Of a stretch of DNA of 64,000 nucleotides, positions 1 to 9,623 are shown in pieces. The position numbers and the translations under genes are program-made. Location: positions 96,001 to 160,000 of the forward strand of contig JAXGPF010000013.1 in assembly GCA_040767085.1 (NCBI GenBank), read 5' to 3'. Below the pieces are notes generated by a model. The model was given only the letters and a program-made list of their open reading frames with translations, did no database searches and was not told the origin of the DNA. This stretch comes from Kiritimatiellia bacterium (GTDB lineage Bacteria > Verrucomicrobiota > Kiritimatiellia > JAAZAB01). Numbering within the stretch: position 1 is the first letter of the stretch; the number at the start of each line of letters is the position of its first letter.

Positions 1-2596
1 CCAGGTCGCCCGGGTTGTCGCGTATAAGCCGCCGGATTTTTTCCGTCGCGGCCGCCGGTTGCTTGTGAAAAATCAGCCGTTCCGCCTGCGCCAGGATGAT
101 ATCCGGGTTATCGGGGAACAGGCGCTCGTACAAATCCAGCATTTCCCGGGCCTCGTCCCCGCGCTGCGCCTTGTCATACAGCAGGCGCGCACAACGCACC
201 ACCAGATCGATCTGGCCGGGATTCTGTTCCAGGCTGGCGCTATAAGCGTCGATCGCGAGGCCGATTTCATTCTGTTGCAGGTAGACATCGCCGATCAGGG
301 CCATCGGTTCGGCATTGCGCGGGTCCAGCGCGGCCCATTGCCGCCAGATTTTGACGGCGTTGTCGAAGTCGCCCCGCTGCAGTGCGGCGTAGCCTTCCTC
401 GCGCAGGAGCGTGGCGCTGGCATCATCCGCCGCGCGGGGGTCCACGGCGTCGCCGCCGGTCAGTTCATGGAAGACAACCCGGCGGTCGCCCTGGCCGGGG
501 GCGGCCGTGGCGGCCGCGATCAACCGGCTGAAGCCATTGGTGCGCGACGTTTGCAGCAGGGGCGAGTCGGCCGCCACCGCCACCGACAAGTTGCTCAGGC
601 CCTGGAACAGTGACGCCAGCGCGGGCGCTTTTTCCCAAATGGGCGGTAAGCGCGCGATCAAGGTCAGGCCGCGTTCATCCAAGGCCTGGCTGAACAACTG
701 CAGCCAGGTGGTGATCCGGGAAAGCGGCACGGCTTCATCCAGTTGGCTGAGATTGCATAGCACGCCCTGCGCCGGCAGGCCGGCGGCGGCGCCGGCAATT
801 TCGCCGGACAGGCCGTTTTCGAAGCCATCCAGGTTTTCCATGACGATTTCCGGCTGGAATTCCAGGCGATGAATCCGGGCGACGGTGCTGTAAAATTCGG
901 CATCCCAGCCGAATTGTTCGGCATGGCCGCTGGCAAACACCCTTAACCAGGGAGGGGAAAAATGCGTGTAACGGAAGGCGTTGCGGCTGAGCCAGTAGGC
1001 CAGGGCGGTGTCGCGGCTGCCGGCCGGGTTGAAGGTGATTAACGCCGGTGCGGCCGGCGCGAGGTCCAGGGCGGCGATTTCCGCGCTGGCATGCCCGCGC
1101 CGGGGATGCCAGAGGCTGCAGCCGACCATGCCGGGGCGGATGTCCCCGCGGGTGAAAATGATTTCCTGGAAGATCGGGTGGCCGCCGGCCGTGGCGAAAA
1201 ACAGGCGGTCTCGCAGATAAACATCCAGTTGCGCTTCGCCGTCCGGCCGGGGGGTATAGCGCCCGGCGCCCAGGGTGAAGGGCTGCATGCCGGCGTGTTT
1301 CTGGCGGAGCCAGGCTTCTCCTTCCGGGGTCAGCACGAGGTACAGGTATGATTCGCCGTCAGGCGAGGCGCGGAAAAACATGCCGAACTGTCCGGCCGTG
1401 ATGCGCACCTGCAGGCGCAGGTGAAAGTCATTGTAGAGGTCGCTGCCGTTCAGCCAGACCTTGGCGCCGGTCGTGTCGGGCCGGGCTTGCAGGACGGCGG
1501 AGTTCCCCGTGAGCTTGAAATCCCCCCAATCCAGCAGCCAGGCAAGAGGGGTCTCCATGATTTGCGGGCTGGCGTAACCGGTCTTCCTGGGCCAGGCATG
1601 TTCCAGCCGCTGCAGCAGGTCGTCCGCCGTCCAGTCCGAATGCACCAACAGGCGGTTCAAGCGCCGGGGATCGTTGTACCGGGTGTTCAGGGCAGTGTTG
1701 CCGTGGATGAAGCCCAGGTCATAGAAATGGGATATCAGGTCCAGGTTCAGCCGGCGGGTAAACACCGCGCGTTCGTCGTACTGCCCGAAATCGCCGTAGG
1801 GGAAGGCGTAGGCGGCAGGTTGGAGGCCAAGTTCGCCGGAGATGATTTTGCGGCATTGCTGGTGATCGTCCAGCAGGCGCTGGCGGAAAGCTTCCGGCGT
1901 TTCGTAGCGCATTTCTCCGGGAAACCAGCGCGGGGTGGTCATGAAATTCCGACGCTCGCCGGCGCTGTTGGCCAGGACCGTTTCGAAACCCTGGTGGCTC
2001 TGGGCGCCGGCTTCCCAGGCGCCGCCGCGCAGCATGGCGCGGACATACGGCCAGCGCAGCGCCGAGGGATCCTCATCGAGGATGGGCTTGGTCCACAGGA
2101 ACATGACAGCCGTCCAGCCGGCGCGCTGCAGAACGCGGCGCGCATCGAAATACGATGATTTGCGGGAGTGGTCGAACGTCATCAGGATGGCCTTGCGGGG
2201 CAGAGGCCGGTTTTCGCGGTAAAACGCCGTGATGTCCCGCAGCGTGATCGGGTGGTACCCGGCGGTCTGTAAGGCCGCCATTTGCATGCGGAAACGCTCG
2301 GGGGTAACTTCGCCGGGAATGGTGGAAATGCCCTCGTAAGCCAGCGCTACGAACTCGTGCGCATCGCGCGGGCCGGCATCCGCCGGTCGGAACATCAGGA
2401 AACGCGTCAAGGCGTAGCGGAGGGGCACCCACCAGGCGACCGCCAGGCAGATGGCCAGCAGGAAATACAGCCAGGCTTGCCGGTAACTGGCTTTCAGCGC
2501 CTGGACGCGCGCCGGGGCGATCGGCAATTTGTCGGCAAACCTGGGCGGGTGCCCCGGGTTTGCCTGTTCGTCGCTGCGATTGCTTTCGAGTTTCAT
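1..2596 (-). CDS. Multidomain membrane-anchored protein: TM helix, polysaccharide deacetylase (CE4, PgaB/IcaB-like) domain, beta-sandwich, GH18-like barrel, TPR; runs off the window start (>865 aa)
   Basis: Not in the ORF track because it has no stop in the window. Manual translation from ATG at 2596, which overlaps the GT2 stop (ATGA): MKLESNRS..WLYFLLAICLAVAWW..ALAYEGI..GYHPITLRDI..ILMTFDHS..AYAFPYGDFG..THFSPPWL..GDFDNAVKIWRQW..MALIGDVYL. The frame at the 5' end matches the frame at position 2. Confidence 0.85.
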   Translation of the reverse strand, partial: MKLESNRSDEQANPGHPPRFADKLPIAPARVQALKASYRQAWLYFLLAICLAVAWWVPLRYALTRFLMFRPADAGPRDAHEFVALAYEGISTIPGEVTPERFRMQMAALQTAGYHPITLRDITAFYRENRPLPRKAILMTFDHSRKSSYFDARRVLQRAGWTAVMFLWTKPILDEDPSALRWPYVRAMLRGGAWEAGAQSHQGFETVLANSAGERRNFMTTPRWFPGEMRYETPEAFRQRLLDDHQQCRKIISGELGLQPAAYAFPYGDFGQYDERAVFTRRLNLDLISHFYDLGFIHGNTALNTRYNDPRRLNRLLVHSDWTADDLLQRLEHAWPRKTGYASPQIMETPLAWLLDWGDFKLTGNSAVLQARPDTTGAKVWLNGSDLYNDFHLRLQVRITAGQFGMFFRASPDGESYLYLVLTPEGEAWLRQKHAGMQPFTLGAGRYTPRPDGEAQLDVYLRDRLFFATAGGHPIFQEIIFTRGDIRPGMVGCSLWHPRRGHASAEIAALDLAPAAPALITFNPAGSRDTALAYWLSRNAFRYTHFSPPWLRVFASGHAEQFGWDAEFYSTVARIHRLEFQPEIVMENLDGFENGLSGEIAGAAAGLPAQGVLCNLSQLDEAVPLSRITTWLQLFSQALDERGLTLIARLPPIWEKAPALASLFQGLSNLSVAVAADSPLLQTSRTNGFSRLIAAATAAPGQGDRRVVFHELTGGDAVDPRAADDASATLLREEGYAALQRGDFDNAVKIWRQWAALDPRNAEPMALIGDVYLQQNEIGLAIDAYSASLEQNPGQIDLVVRCARLLYDKAQRGDEAREMLDLYERLFPDNPDIILAQAERLIFHKQPAAATEKIRRLIRDNPGDL

Positions 2597-4086
2597 CCGG
2601 CCCCCCGCGTGCCCCATTTGCCATGGGAAAGGGTGATCAAGGCGTAATAAATCTGCCAACTGAAAAATGCGACATAGGTGAGCGTAAACACGAATCCCGC
2701 CCACCAATGCGTGCGGCCTGTTTTCTGCAGGTGGTAAAGCGACCAAATCAGCGTCATGGCCAGCACGCCGACGGCGTATGAAAGCGTCACGCCGCCGGTC
2801 GCCAGCGGCGCGAAGACGAGGGCCTGCAGGATGATAAACGGCTCGATTACCGGCAAAAACATCATGGCGTACCAGGACATCGCCGGCACGGGATGCTTGC
2901 GCCAGATGAATTTCGTGGCGGCGGCCATGCCGCGCAGGGAGGAGCGCATCCAGCGCGCCTGCTGCCGGGTGTATTGCCGCCAATTTTCGGGGACAATGGT
3001 GGTGGCCAGGGCGTCGTCGTCGTACAGGATCCGGTAATCGCGCAGCACCAGGTTGGTCAGGCTGCGGTCGTCGCCGTAGCGGCCTTCCACGCCGAATACC
3101 TTTTCGTTCATCCACTCCTCCATCACGTGCAGGACGCAGACGCGGCGGTAGGCGGAGAAGCAGCCCGGCAGGCAACTGACCATGCCGAAGATGCTTTCAG
3201 ATGCTTTCATGATTTTATACGAGAAGAAATAGCGCACATCCTGCATCTTGGTCAGCACGTTGACGCGGGCATTTTCCACGTCCGTATGTCCGGCAATGCC
3301 GCCCACCATCGGGTCAATGAAGCCCTGCACCAGTTTGCTGACGGCGCCGGGCATCAGGAAGGTGTCGGAATCCACGAAAACGATGATATCGCCGCGCGCC
3401 AGCAGGGCGGCGCAGGACATGCCGTAGGACAGGCCGCGGTTAAACTCGAAATCCACCACCACCAGGCGCGGGAAACGCGCCTGGGCGCGCATCATTTCCT
3501 CCAGGGTGCGGTCGGTGGAGCCGTCATTGACGGCGATGACTTCCAGCAAATCCGCGGGGTAGCCCTCGGCGTAAACCCGGGCGATCGAGCGCGCGATGGC
3601 TTTTTCCTCGTTCATGCAGGGGATGGCCACGGTGGTGGCCGGCTGGAACCCCACGCGGGGCGGCGGCGTATAAAAGGCGGCGAAAATGAAGCGGGAAACA
3701 ATGAAGATGCCGACGGCCAAGCTGTAGATATTGACTGTGGGCGCGTACCAGTAATGCTCCAGGTTGGTGATTTGAATGTACACCGCCGCGGTCAGCAGCA
3801 GGGTGCAGATCAGGCCGAGGCCCAACACCACCCAGATGGGCGGCTTGTTATATAGAAATTTACGGCGCTCGTCCGCGTGGGCTTCCTGGGCCAGTTCGAC
3901 GGGGGGCGGAGGCGTGAATGTGGAAAAGGCTAGCGCGCCGCGGCAGAAAGGACAGACCGCCGGCGCCGGCGCCTCGATGACGCTGATCGAGAGCCGGCAG
4001 GCGGGGCATCGGGCTTTGATGCCGGTGGCTCCGGCCGTTCCGGCCGATCCCGAATGGTTGCCAGGCTGGCGGATGAAAGAAGTCAT
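2593..4086 (-). CDS. Processive GT2 glycosyltransferase, hyaluronan synthase/NodC-like, with N-terminal zinc ribbon
   Basis: Motifs DGSTD, FVDSDT, SCLPGCFSAYRR, GDDRSLTN, QQARW; TM helices at both ends; N-terminal CPAC..CPFC. Confidence 0.9.
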   Translation of the reverse strand: MTSFIRQPGNHSGSAGTAGATGIKARCPACRLSISVIEAPAPAVCPFCRGALAFSTFTPPPPVELAQEAHADERRKFLYNKPPIWVVLGLGLICTLLLTAAVYIQITNLEHYWYAPTVNIYSLAVGIFIVSRFIFAAFYTPPPRVGFQPATTVAIPCMNEEKAIARSIARVYAEGYPADLLEVIAVNDGSTDRTLEEMMRAQARFPRLVVVDFEFNRGLSYGMSCAALLARGDIIVFVDSDTFLMPGAVSKLVQGFIDPMVGGIAGHTDVENARVNVLTKMQDVRYFFSYKIMKASESIFGMVSCLPGCFSAYRRVCVLHVMEEWMNEKVFGVEGRYGDDRSLTNLVLRDYRILYDDDALATTIVPENWRQYTRQQARWMRSSLRGMAAATKFIWRKHPVPAMSWYAMMFLPVIEPFIILQALVFAPLATGGVTLSYAVGVLAMTLIWSLYHLQKTGRTHWWAGFVFTLTYVAFFSWQIYYALITLSHGKWGTRGAG

Positions 4087-6398
4087 AAAAGCAATACGGC
4101 GTTTGGCGCTTCAGGATCAATGGGCGAATTTTCCTCCACCGCGGATGTCGCCGGCGGTTCGATCGCAGGCAGCATGCGGGTGCGCCGCGGGGCGGGGAAC
4201 AAGCCGACATGCGCGCAAATCTCCCGCACGAGGGCGGATGGCTGGTTTTCGTCCAGCAGGACGATCATCAGCGTCAGGGTGGTATTCAGCAGGGTTTGCT
4301 CGGCGGCGGCCAGCCAGGCCGGGTCCGGCATCTTCTGCACCAGGAGCGTCAAGCCGTCGGTGCGGTTGGAGTGCGCCAGTGCGATCAACTGACCGAGTTC
4401 CAACCGGCGCGGGTCGCCGACTGCCACGGATGGCAGCAGGCGTACGCGGTAATACCGGCACAGCAGCCGCAAATCCAGATTCGCATTTGTTTTGATTTCG
4501 GCGATGGCGCCGTCCGGTTGCTGGCGGTACCAGGCCGGCGCCAGCGCGCTGAGTTCGTGCATGCGGCTTTTCAGCCGCTGGATTTTGTCTTCCGGCAAGA
4601 CGTCCGAGTCATCCGGGGCGGCGGCGAGCATGCCGATGCGCACCGGCAAGGGCCCGCCCTGCAGCTGGCGGACGATGGCGCCGGCCGTCCCCGGCTGCTG
4701 GCTCCAGGGCGCGAAGCCCCACCAGCCCAGGCCCATGTCATGCGGGATCGAGAGGGGTGCCGTAAAGGCGGGCGCGCCATCCACGAAACCGAAGGCGCCG
4801 TCGCCGCGCAGTTCCAGGCGCAGCCGGGCCATGCCGGGCTGGCGGTACCAGACGCGGCTGTAATTGACCTGCAATTGGCCGTTGATCCAGTTCTGCAGGT
4901 AAATCCGTCCGTCTTCGTCAAAGCCGAACCGCGTCATGTTGCCCGATCCGCGGCGGGCGTAAATCCAGAAAAACCCCCGGTTGCTTTCGATCAGCGTTTC
5001 GATGAAACCGTTGGGCATGGACTCCGAACGGACCAGGCGCAGGGCCACCTCCGATTGCTTGAGGGCGGTGTTCAGGATCAGGCGGCCGTCCTGCAGCAGA
5101 TTTTCATCCTTCGACGCCTCCCAGTCGCGCGACATGCGGCCGTGCCGGAATTCCTCGATCGCCAGGGTCTGGCGGGGCAGGAGGGCGGAGAAAAACTGGC
5201 GCTGTTCGGGAGATGCCGCCTGGTCGGCCGCCTGCGCGATGAAATTCAACAGCATCCAGGATTCCGGGTGGATCAGCAAGTCGTGTTCGCGGATATTGGA
5301 CGCCAGTGCCGATGCCATGCCCGGACGTTCGGCCGTCGCCAGCATGGCGCGCATGTTGTCGAACCGCTCGCGCATGCTGGGCAGCAAGCCGTGCAGCAGG
5401 GTTCGGGCCTGCAGCTTGTCGGAGTCGGACTTGTCCATGCCGCCGTTAATCACCTGTTTGGCCAGGGCGCGGGCCTCATCGTAGCGGTGCCGCCGCACCA
5501 GCCAGGCGGCCTGGGCCAGTGTCACCATGGAGTTGTTCGGGAAAATCCGCGCGTAAAAATTGAGCAGGTCGCGCGCCGGTCCGGATTGCCCGGCGGCGTT
5601 ATCCAGCAGGCGCGCGCAGCGCGTGGCCAGTTCGATTTGACCCGGGTAGATGCGCAGGCTCAGGCGGTAACATTCCATGGCCTGCTCGATATTACCGGTG
5701 TGCAGGTGGACGTCGCCGATCAGCGACAGGGCATCGGTGTTTTCCGGCTCCAGTTCATGCCATTGCTTCCAGACTTTGATCGCATTGGTGAAATCGCCGG
5801 CGTTGAAGGCGTTCCATCCTTCCTGGCGCAGACCCTGCGCCCTTAGCTCGGTGGTCCAGGTTTCATTGGAGCTGGTAAAGCCGCATAATTCATAATACAA
5901 CGCCAGTTCCATGTCGCGGTAGGGTTCGGCGGTGCCGCCGTCGGAAGGCGGCAGGGCGGCGGTAACGGCCGCCCTGATCCAGGCGCCGGTGTAGCTTTCG
6001 TGCCCGTGGACCAGCAGATGCCAGGTGCCGGCCGCCGGCTGGTCCAGTTGAATGTCCTCCGCGTTGCCCAGCACAAAAGGGCGGCAATCGTAGGCATGCA
6101 GCGTAGGCGGGGCGGCATGGCGCAGGTACAAGTCCGCGTCGCCCTCGCCCCCGTCCATCGCAATCGCCAGACGGACCTGCCCGGTTGGCACGGCAATGAT
6201 GAATTGCTGGAACGAGCCCGCCGCGCCGGAGAGATTGGAAATCGTCTGGCCGGCTTGCAGCGCGCGCGGCGCGGCCGCGTTCTCCACGGCCGCGGCCGGC
6301 GGGGCGGTTTCCTGCTCGGCGCCGGCCAGGCGCATGGCCAGCCCGGCACATAACAGCCGGACGGCCGCGCGCATCAATATGGCTTTACTCTTGAGCAT
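4083..6398 (-). CDS. Secreted PPC-domain / TPR / beta-sandwich / degenerate GH18-like protein
   Basis: Signal peptide; PPC motif GGEGDADLYLRH..YDCRP..GNAE; TPR-like helices; LSALAPAWY. Stop overlaps the GT2 start. Confidence 0.75.
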   Translation of the reverse strand: MLKSKAILMRAAVRLLCAGLAMRLAGAEQETAPPAAAVENAAAPRALQAGQTISNLSGAAGSFQQFIIAVPTGQVRLAIAMDGGEGDADLYLRHAAPPTLHAYDCRPFVLGNAEDIQLDQPAAGTWHLLVHGHESYTGAWIRAAVTAALPPSDGGTAEPYRDMELALYYELCGFTSSNETWTTELRAQGLRQEGWNAFNAGDFTNAIKVWKQWHELEPENTDALSLIGDVHLHTGNIEQAMECYRLSLRIYPGQIELATRCARLLDNAAGQSGPARDLLNFYARIFPNNSMVTLAQAAWLVRRHRYDEARALAKQVINGGMDKSDSDKLQARTLLHGLLPSMRERFDNMRAMLATAERPGMASALASNIREHDLLIHPESWMLLNFIAQAADQAASPEQRQFFSALLPRQTLAIEEFRHGRMSRDWEASKDENLLQDGRLILNTALKQSEVALRLVRSESMPNGFIETLIESNRGFFWIYARRGSGNMTRFGFDEDGRIYLQNWINGQLQVNYSRVWYRQPGMARLRLELRGDGAFGFVDGAPAFTAPLSIPHDMGLGWWGFAPWSQQPGTAGAIVRQLQGGPLPVRIGMLAAAPDDSDVLPEDKIQRLKSRMHELSALAPAWYRQQPDGAIAEIKTNANLDLRLLCRYYRVRLLPSVAVGDPRRLELGQLIALAHSNRTDGLTLLVQKMPDPAWLAAAEQTLLNTTLTLMIVLLDENQPSALVREICAHVGLFPAPRRTRMLPAIEPPATSAVEENSPIDPEAPNAVLLL

Positions 6399-8709
6399 GC
6401 TTGGTGGCCGCGGCGTCTTCAGCCGGCGCCGGCCGCGGCTGATTGGCCGCCTTTAAAACCGCCAGTAAATCACGGCGCAGGCCGTGGTTCAGGGCATAAA
6501 TCACATACCCGGCCGCGCCGGACCGCATGGCGTCCCGGGCCTGGCCCAGCGTCTGCAGCGGCGTCAGGCGGCTGGCGCCGGAAGCCGCGCCGATGCCCGG
6601 GGCCACCCGGCCGGCGGCGCCGGGCATCGCGGTCTGGGCCGCCGTCCAGGCGGTAAATTCACCCGGGTTGGCAGTGTAGTTCATCGGGCAAACGAAATCA
6701 AGCGCATCTTCCCGCAGCCATTGTCCCCAGTCCTGCCCTTCCGTTGCGATGCAGTCCGGGTAGCGGGGGTAAACGGCGGCGGAAATTTTGCGGCCGGGAT
6801 GTCGCCGGCGGAGCCGTTGCGCGCCGGCATTGACAAAATCGCTGATTTGCCGCGCCCGCCAGGCGCGGTATTGTTCCGCCAGCGCGCCGGTATAGGCCGC
6901 TGCGGGCCAGTCATCCGTTGCCGGCGCGCCGGCTGCCGCCAGAAAAGCCTTGCGGCAAGCCGGGCAGAAACAGTGCCGGCTATCGGGATAACGCACGTAA
7001 TCCAGGTGCATGCCGGCCGCCTCCACGGCATCCGCTAATTCTTCCAGGCGCGCCAACTCCTGTTCGCGGTTCTGGATTTGGGCGGGACACAGCCAGGCGG
7101 CTGCGGCGCCATCCACGGCTTGCTGCAGGCGGCCGGCTTGTTCCAGCTCCCGGAGTTGCGCTGGCGCCAAACCGTCCAGGTTCCAGCAGATATGCCAGAT
7201 GTGCGCCCGCAGACCATGGCGTCGGCAGGCTTCGAAAGCGTCTTGATCCGGCATGCCGGACCGCGGAACGTTAATGAAGACATCCGTCAGGCCGGCGGCG
7301 GCTAATTCCGGCGCCAACCGGCGCCAGTCGTCGGCCTGCATTTCCGCGCCCACCCAGATGCCGCGCCAGCCTTGGCCTGACTCCGGCATGCGCGCGGCGG
7401 CGCGGGCGTCCAGCGCCGCCGACAACTTGTCCGCCAGGCTCCAGGCGGCGGCGGATTCGCCTGACGCCAGGACGGCGCGGGCTTGGTCCCGCAAATGGCG
7501 CAGGGCGGCGCCGTCCGCGGCATGTTCCCAGTCCGGCGCGCTTTCGGACAGGATGTTGTCGAGCGTTTGGCGGACCGCGCCGGCCAGGATGCCTGGCTCA
7601 AATTGATCGAGCAGGACGGCCAGCATGCGGCGTTGCGCCGCCGCGTCGTCTTCCTGCAGGACATGAGTCATCCAGACGCCTTGCGGGGAACGCAGGCAGG
7701 CGGCTTCCGGCTGCCGGCGTCCCTGGGCGTCGCACCACCAGGCTAAAGTTTTGGTTTCCTTGCTGGCCGCGGCCGCCGTGATCAGGTTGGCGGTGGCGCC
7801 TTGGAAGACCTGGGGCGGACCCGCCCAGTCGGATGTCGGAGGGAAGCACATGGCATGCCACCGGCCCGGCTGTCCGGCGGCGGCATAAGCGCCGGGTTGC
7901 ACGCCCATGAGTTTGCCCAGTTTGGCGTCGCTGTTGTAGCAGACTACCAGGCGCCCCTGGCGGTCAAGGTGGCGTTGAATATTTTTCAACATCGCGGCGT
8001 TAAGATGCGGATGGCATGGCAGGATCAGAATCCGGCGCCGCCCCAGCACGTGCCGGGATTCCAGGTCCGTGTCGGACAGCATGGCGTAGGGTGCGCCCAT
8101 TGCCGTCAATTGCGTCCCGATCCAATCGGCGGCCCTGGCTCCGAAAGCCCGTTCGCCGGGATTGGCAAACACCGCCGGACCGGGCCGGGCCACCGCAATT
8201 GCCGCCGTCCTGGCCCGTGCCGCATGCAGCATCAAGCGTCCGGGGCCGCGTTTGGCCGACCAGGGGGATATACGGAAACCCGACGTTGCGCGCCATTCGG
8301 CCGGCGTATCCAGGGATTCAAAATCAGCCTTGGGAATCCAATGGCGGACGCGTCCCTGGCGGATCGGCAAAGCCGCCGCCCGCCAGCCTTGGCCGGCGCG
8401 GAAGTACCAGGTGGCGGATTGAAAAGCGCCGGGATTGTCGCAGGTGTACTCCAACTCCAGCCCGTCGGCCTCGCTTAAATCCAGTTGATTATCATAATCC
8501 CAATAATGCCGGTCGGCGCCATCCGGAAACGGGCATACAAAACATTGGCCATCCGCTCCGGCTTCCGCCGGCGGCGCGCCCGGGCCGGGTTGCCACGCGG
8601 AAACGGCCTCCGGCAGTAAAGGGATATCGGCGCATAACACCGGCCGGCAAACCGCGCACGCGATCCATAATGTCAACGCCCGCAGCGCGCCGGCATTATT
8701 CCCAGACAT
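6385..8709 (-). CDS. Glycosyl hydrolase-like family 10 (DUF187/YddW-like) protein with N-terminal accessory domains
   Basis: WLCPA, GMHLDYVRYP, WRARQISDFV, SAAVYP, QDWGQW..DFVCPMNY. Start taken at ATG 8709 (MSGNNAG, followed by a signal peptide). Confidence 0.8.
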   Translation of the reverse strand: MSGNNAGALRALTLWIACAVCRPVLCADIPLLPEAVSAWQPGPGAPPAEAGADGQCFVCPFPDGADRHYWDYDNQLDLSEADGLELEYTCDNPGAFQSATWYFRAGQGWRAAALPIRQGRVRHWIPKADFESLDTPAEWRATSGFRISPWSAKRGPGRLMLHAARARTAAIAVARPGPAVFANPGERAFGARAADWIGTQLTAMGAPYAMLSDTDLESRHVLGRRRILILPCHPHLNAAMLKNIQRHLDRQGRLVVCYNSDAKLGKLMGVQPGAYAAAGQPGRWHAMCFPPTSDWAGPPQVFQGATANLITAAAASKETKTLAWWCDAQGRRQPEAACLRSPQGVWMTHVLQEDDAAAQRRMLAVLLDQFEPGILAGAVRQTLDNILSESAPDWEHAADGAALRHLRDQARAVLASGESAAAWSLADKLSAALDARAAARMPESGQGWRGIWVGAEMQADDWRRLAPELAAAGLTDVFINVPRSGMPDQDAFEACRRHGLRAHIWHICWNLDGLAPAQLRELEQAGRLQQAVDGAAAAWLCPAQIQNREQELARLEELADAVEAAGMHLDYVRYPDSRHCFCPACRKAFLAAAGAPATDDWPAAAYTGALAEQYRAWRARQISDFVNAGAQRLRRRHPGRKISAAVYPRYPDCIATEGQDWGQWLREDALDFVCPMNYTANPGEFTAWTAAQTAMPGAAGRVAPGIGAASGASRLTPLQTLGQARDAMRSGAAGYVIYALNHGLRRDLLAVLKAANQPRPAPAEDAAATKHAQE

Positions 8710-9034
8710 AAGGATTATCCTTCTTGGAGGTATCGCCGGCATCAGCCTGCGCTCCGTCTGGAATGATTTTACGGAACAGAGCCTGCGGTTGCGGCTTTGG
8801 CGGCACAGCCGCGGACGGCAGTGCGGCTTGCGGTTGGGGCGCCGACGGCGCGGGCGGGGCGTCAACCGGCATGACGAATTTTTCGGCGCGGGCCGGCGCG
8901 GCGGGCTTTTTTTCGGAATGTATTTCCTCCAGATTTTTGCGCCGGACGTGGGAGTTCCAGATGGCGGCGGCGGCAAAAATCAAGCTGAGAATGGTGGCGG
9001 TGACGCCGGTTACGGTTAAGAAGCTGTCATTCAT
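8696..9034 (-). CDS. Small single-TM protein with Pro/Ala-rich tail
   Basis: MNDSFLTVTGVTATILSLIFAAAAIW..; overlaps the downstream hydrolase start; first gene of the operon. Confidence 0.6.
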   Translation of the reverse strand: MNDSFLTVTGVTATILSLIFAAAAIWNSHVRRKNLEEIHSEKKPAAPARAEKFVMPVDAPPAPSAPQPQAALPSAAVPPKPQPQALFRKIIPDGAQADAGDTSKKDNPYVWE

Positions 9035-9247
9035 GCTTTTATCCTTACAAGCGCATGATAGAATAAAACGGGGGTGCGTCAAGCTAAATTTTCCCTACTT
9101 CCGGCATGACAAGGTGTTGGGGAAACGAAAAATATGCATTGACTTCCTGAATGTCTGCCGTTACCCTTTCAAAAGGTAGAGGACGCAAAGGCGCGTATCC
9201 ATTTGATTTTGAATATTTAAAATTTTGCGATAGGTTGCAGGTGTGTT

Positions 9248-9619
9248 ATGGCCAAGATTTTAATCATTGACGACGATCAGACCATTCTGGGGTATTTCAA
9301 GCGCATTCAGAGCAAGTTGCAAAGCGAGGTCGCCGGCGCCTCCAACAGCATGGAAGGCTGCCAGATGGCCCAGGATCCGGAAGTTAAAATTATAATCATG
9401 GATTTCTGCATTCCCGGCGGCCTGGAAAAAACCAATTTGCTCAAAAAGTTGAAAAGCTTGCGCCCGGAATTGCCGGTGATAGTAATTTCCGGTTTTTCCA
9501 CGCCGGAAATCATTGACGAGTGCCAGAAATTGGGCGCCAGCGAATTTTTGACCAAGCCTTTTGAATTGTCTTTTTTGCCCGTGATTATTCAACGCCTGTT
9601 GGATGCCGCGCCGGCTTGA
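9248..9619 (+). CDS. Stand-alone response regulator receiver (CheY-like)
   Basis: ILIIDDD, IMDF (phospho-Asp), VISG, FLTKPF. Confidence 0.9.
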   Translation: MAKILIIDDDQTILGYFKRIQSKLQSEVAGASNSMEGCQMAQDPEVKIIIMDFCIPGGLEKTNLLKKLKSLRPELPVIVISGFSTPEIIDECQKLGASEFLTKPFELSFLPVIIQRLLDAAPA

Positions 9620-9623
9620 TTTT

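Noticed and set aside
9160-9205. c-di-GMP-I riboswitch (GGACGCAAAG)
   Set aside because: Lacks the upstream GGCAAA and GNRA-capped P2 elements.
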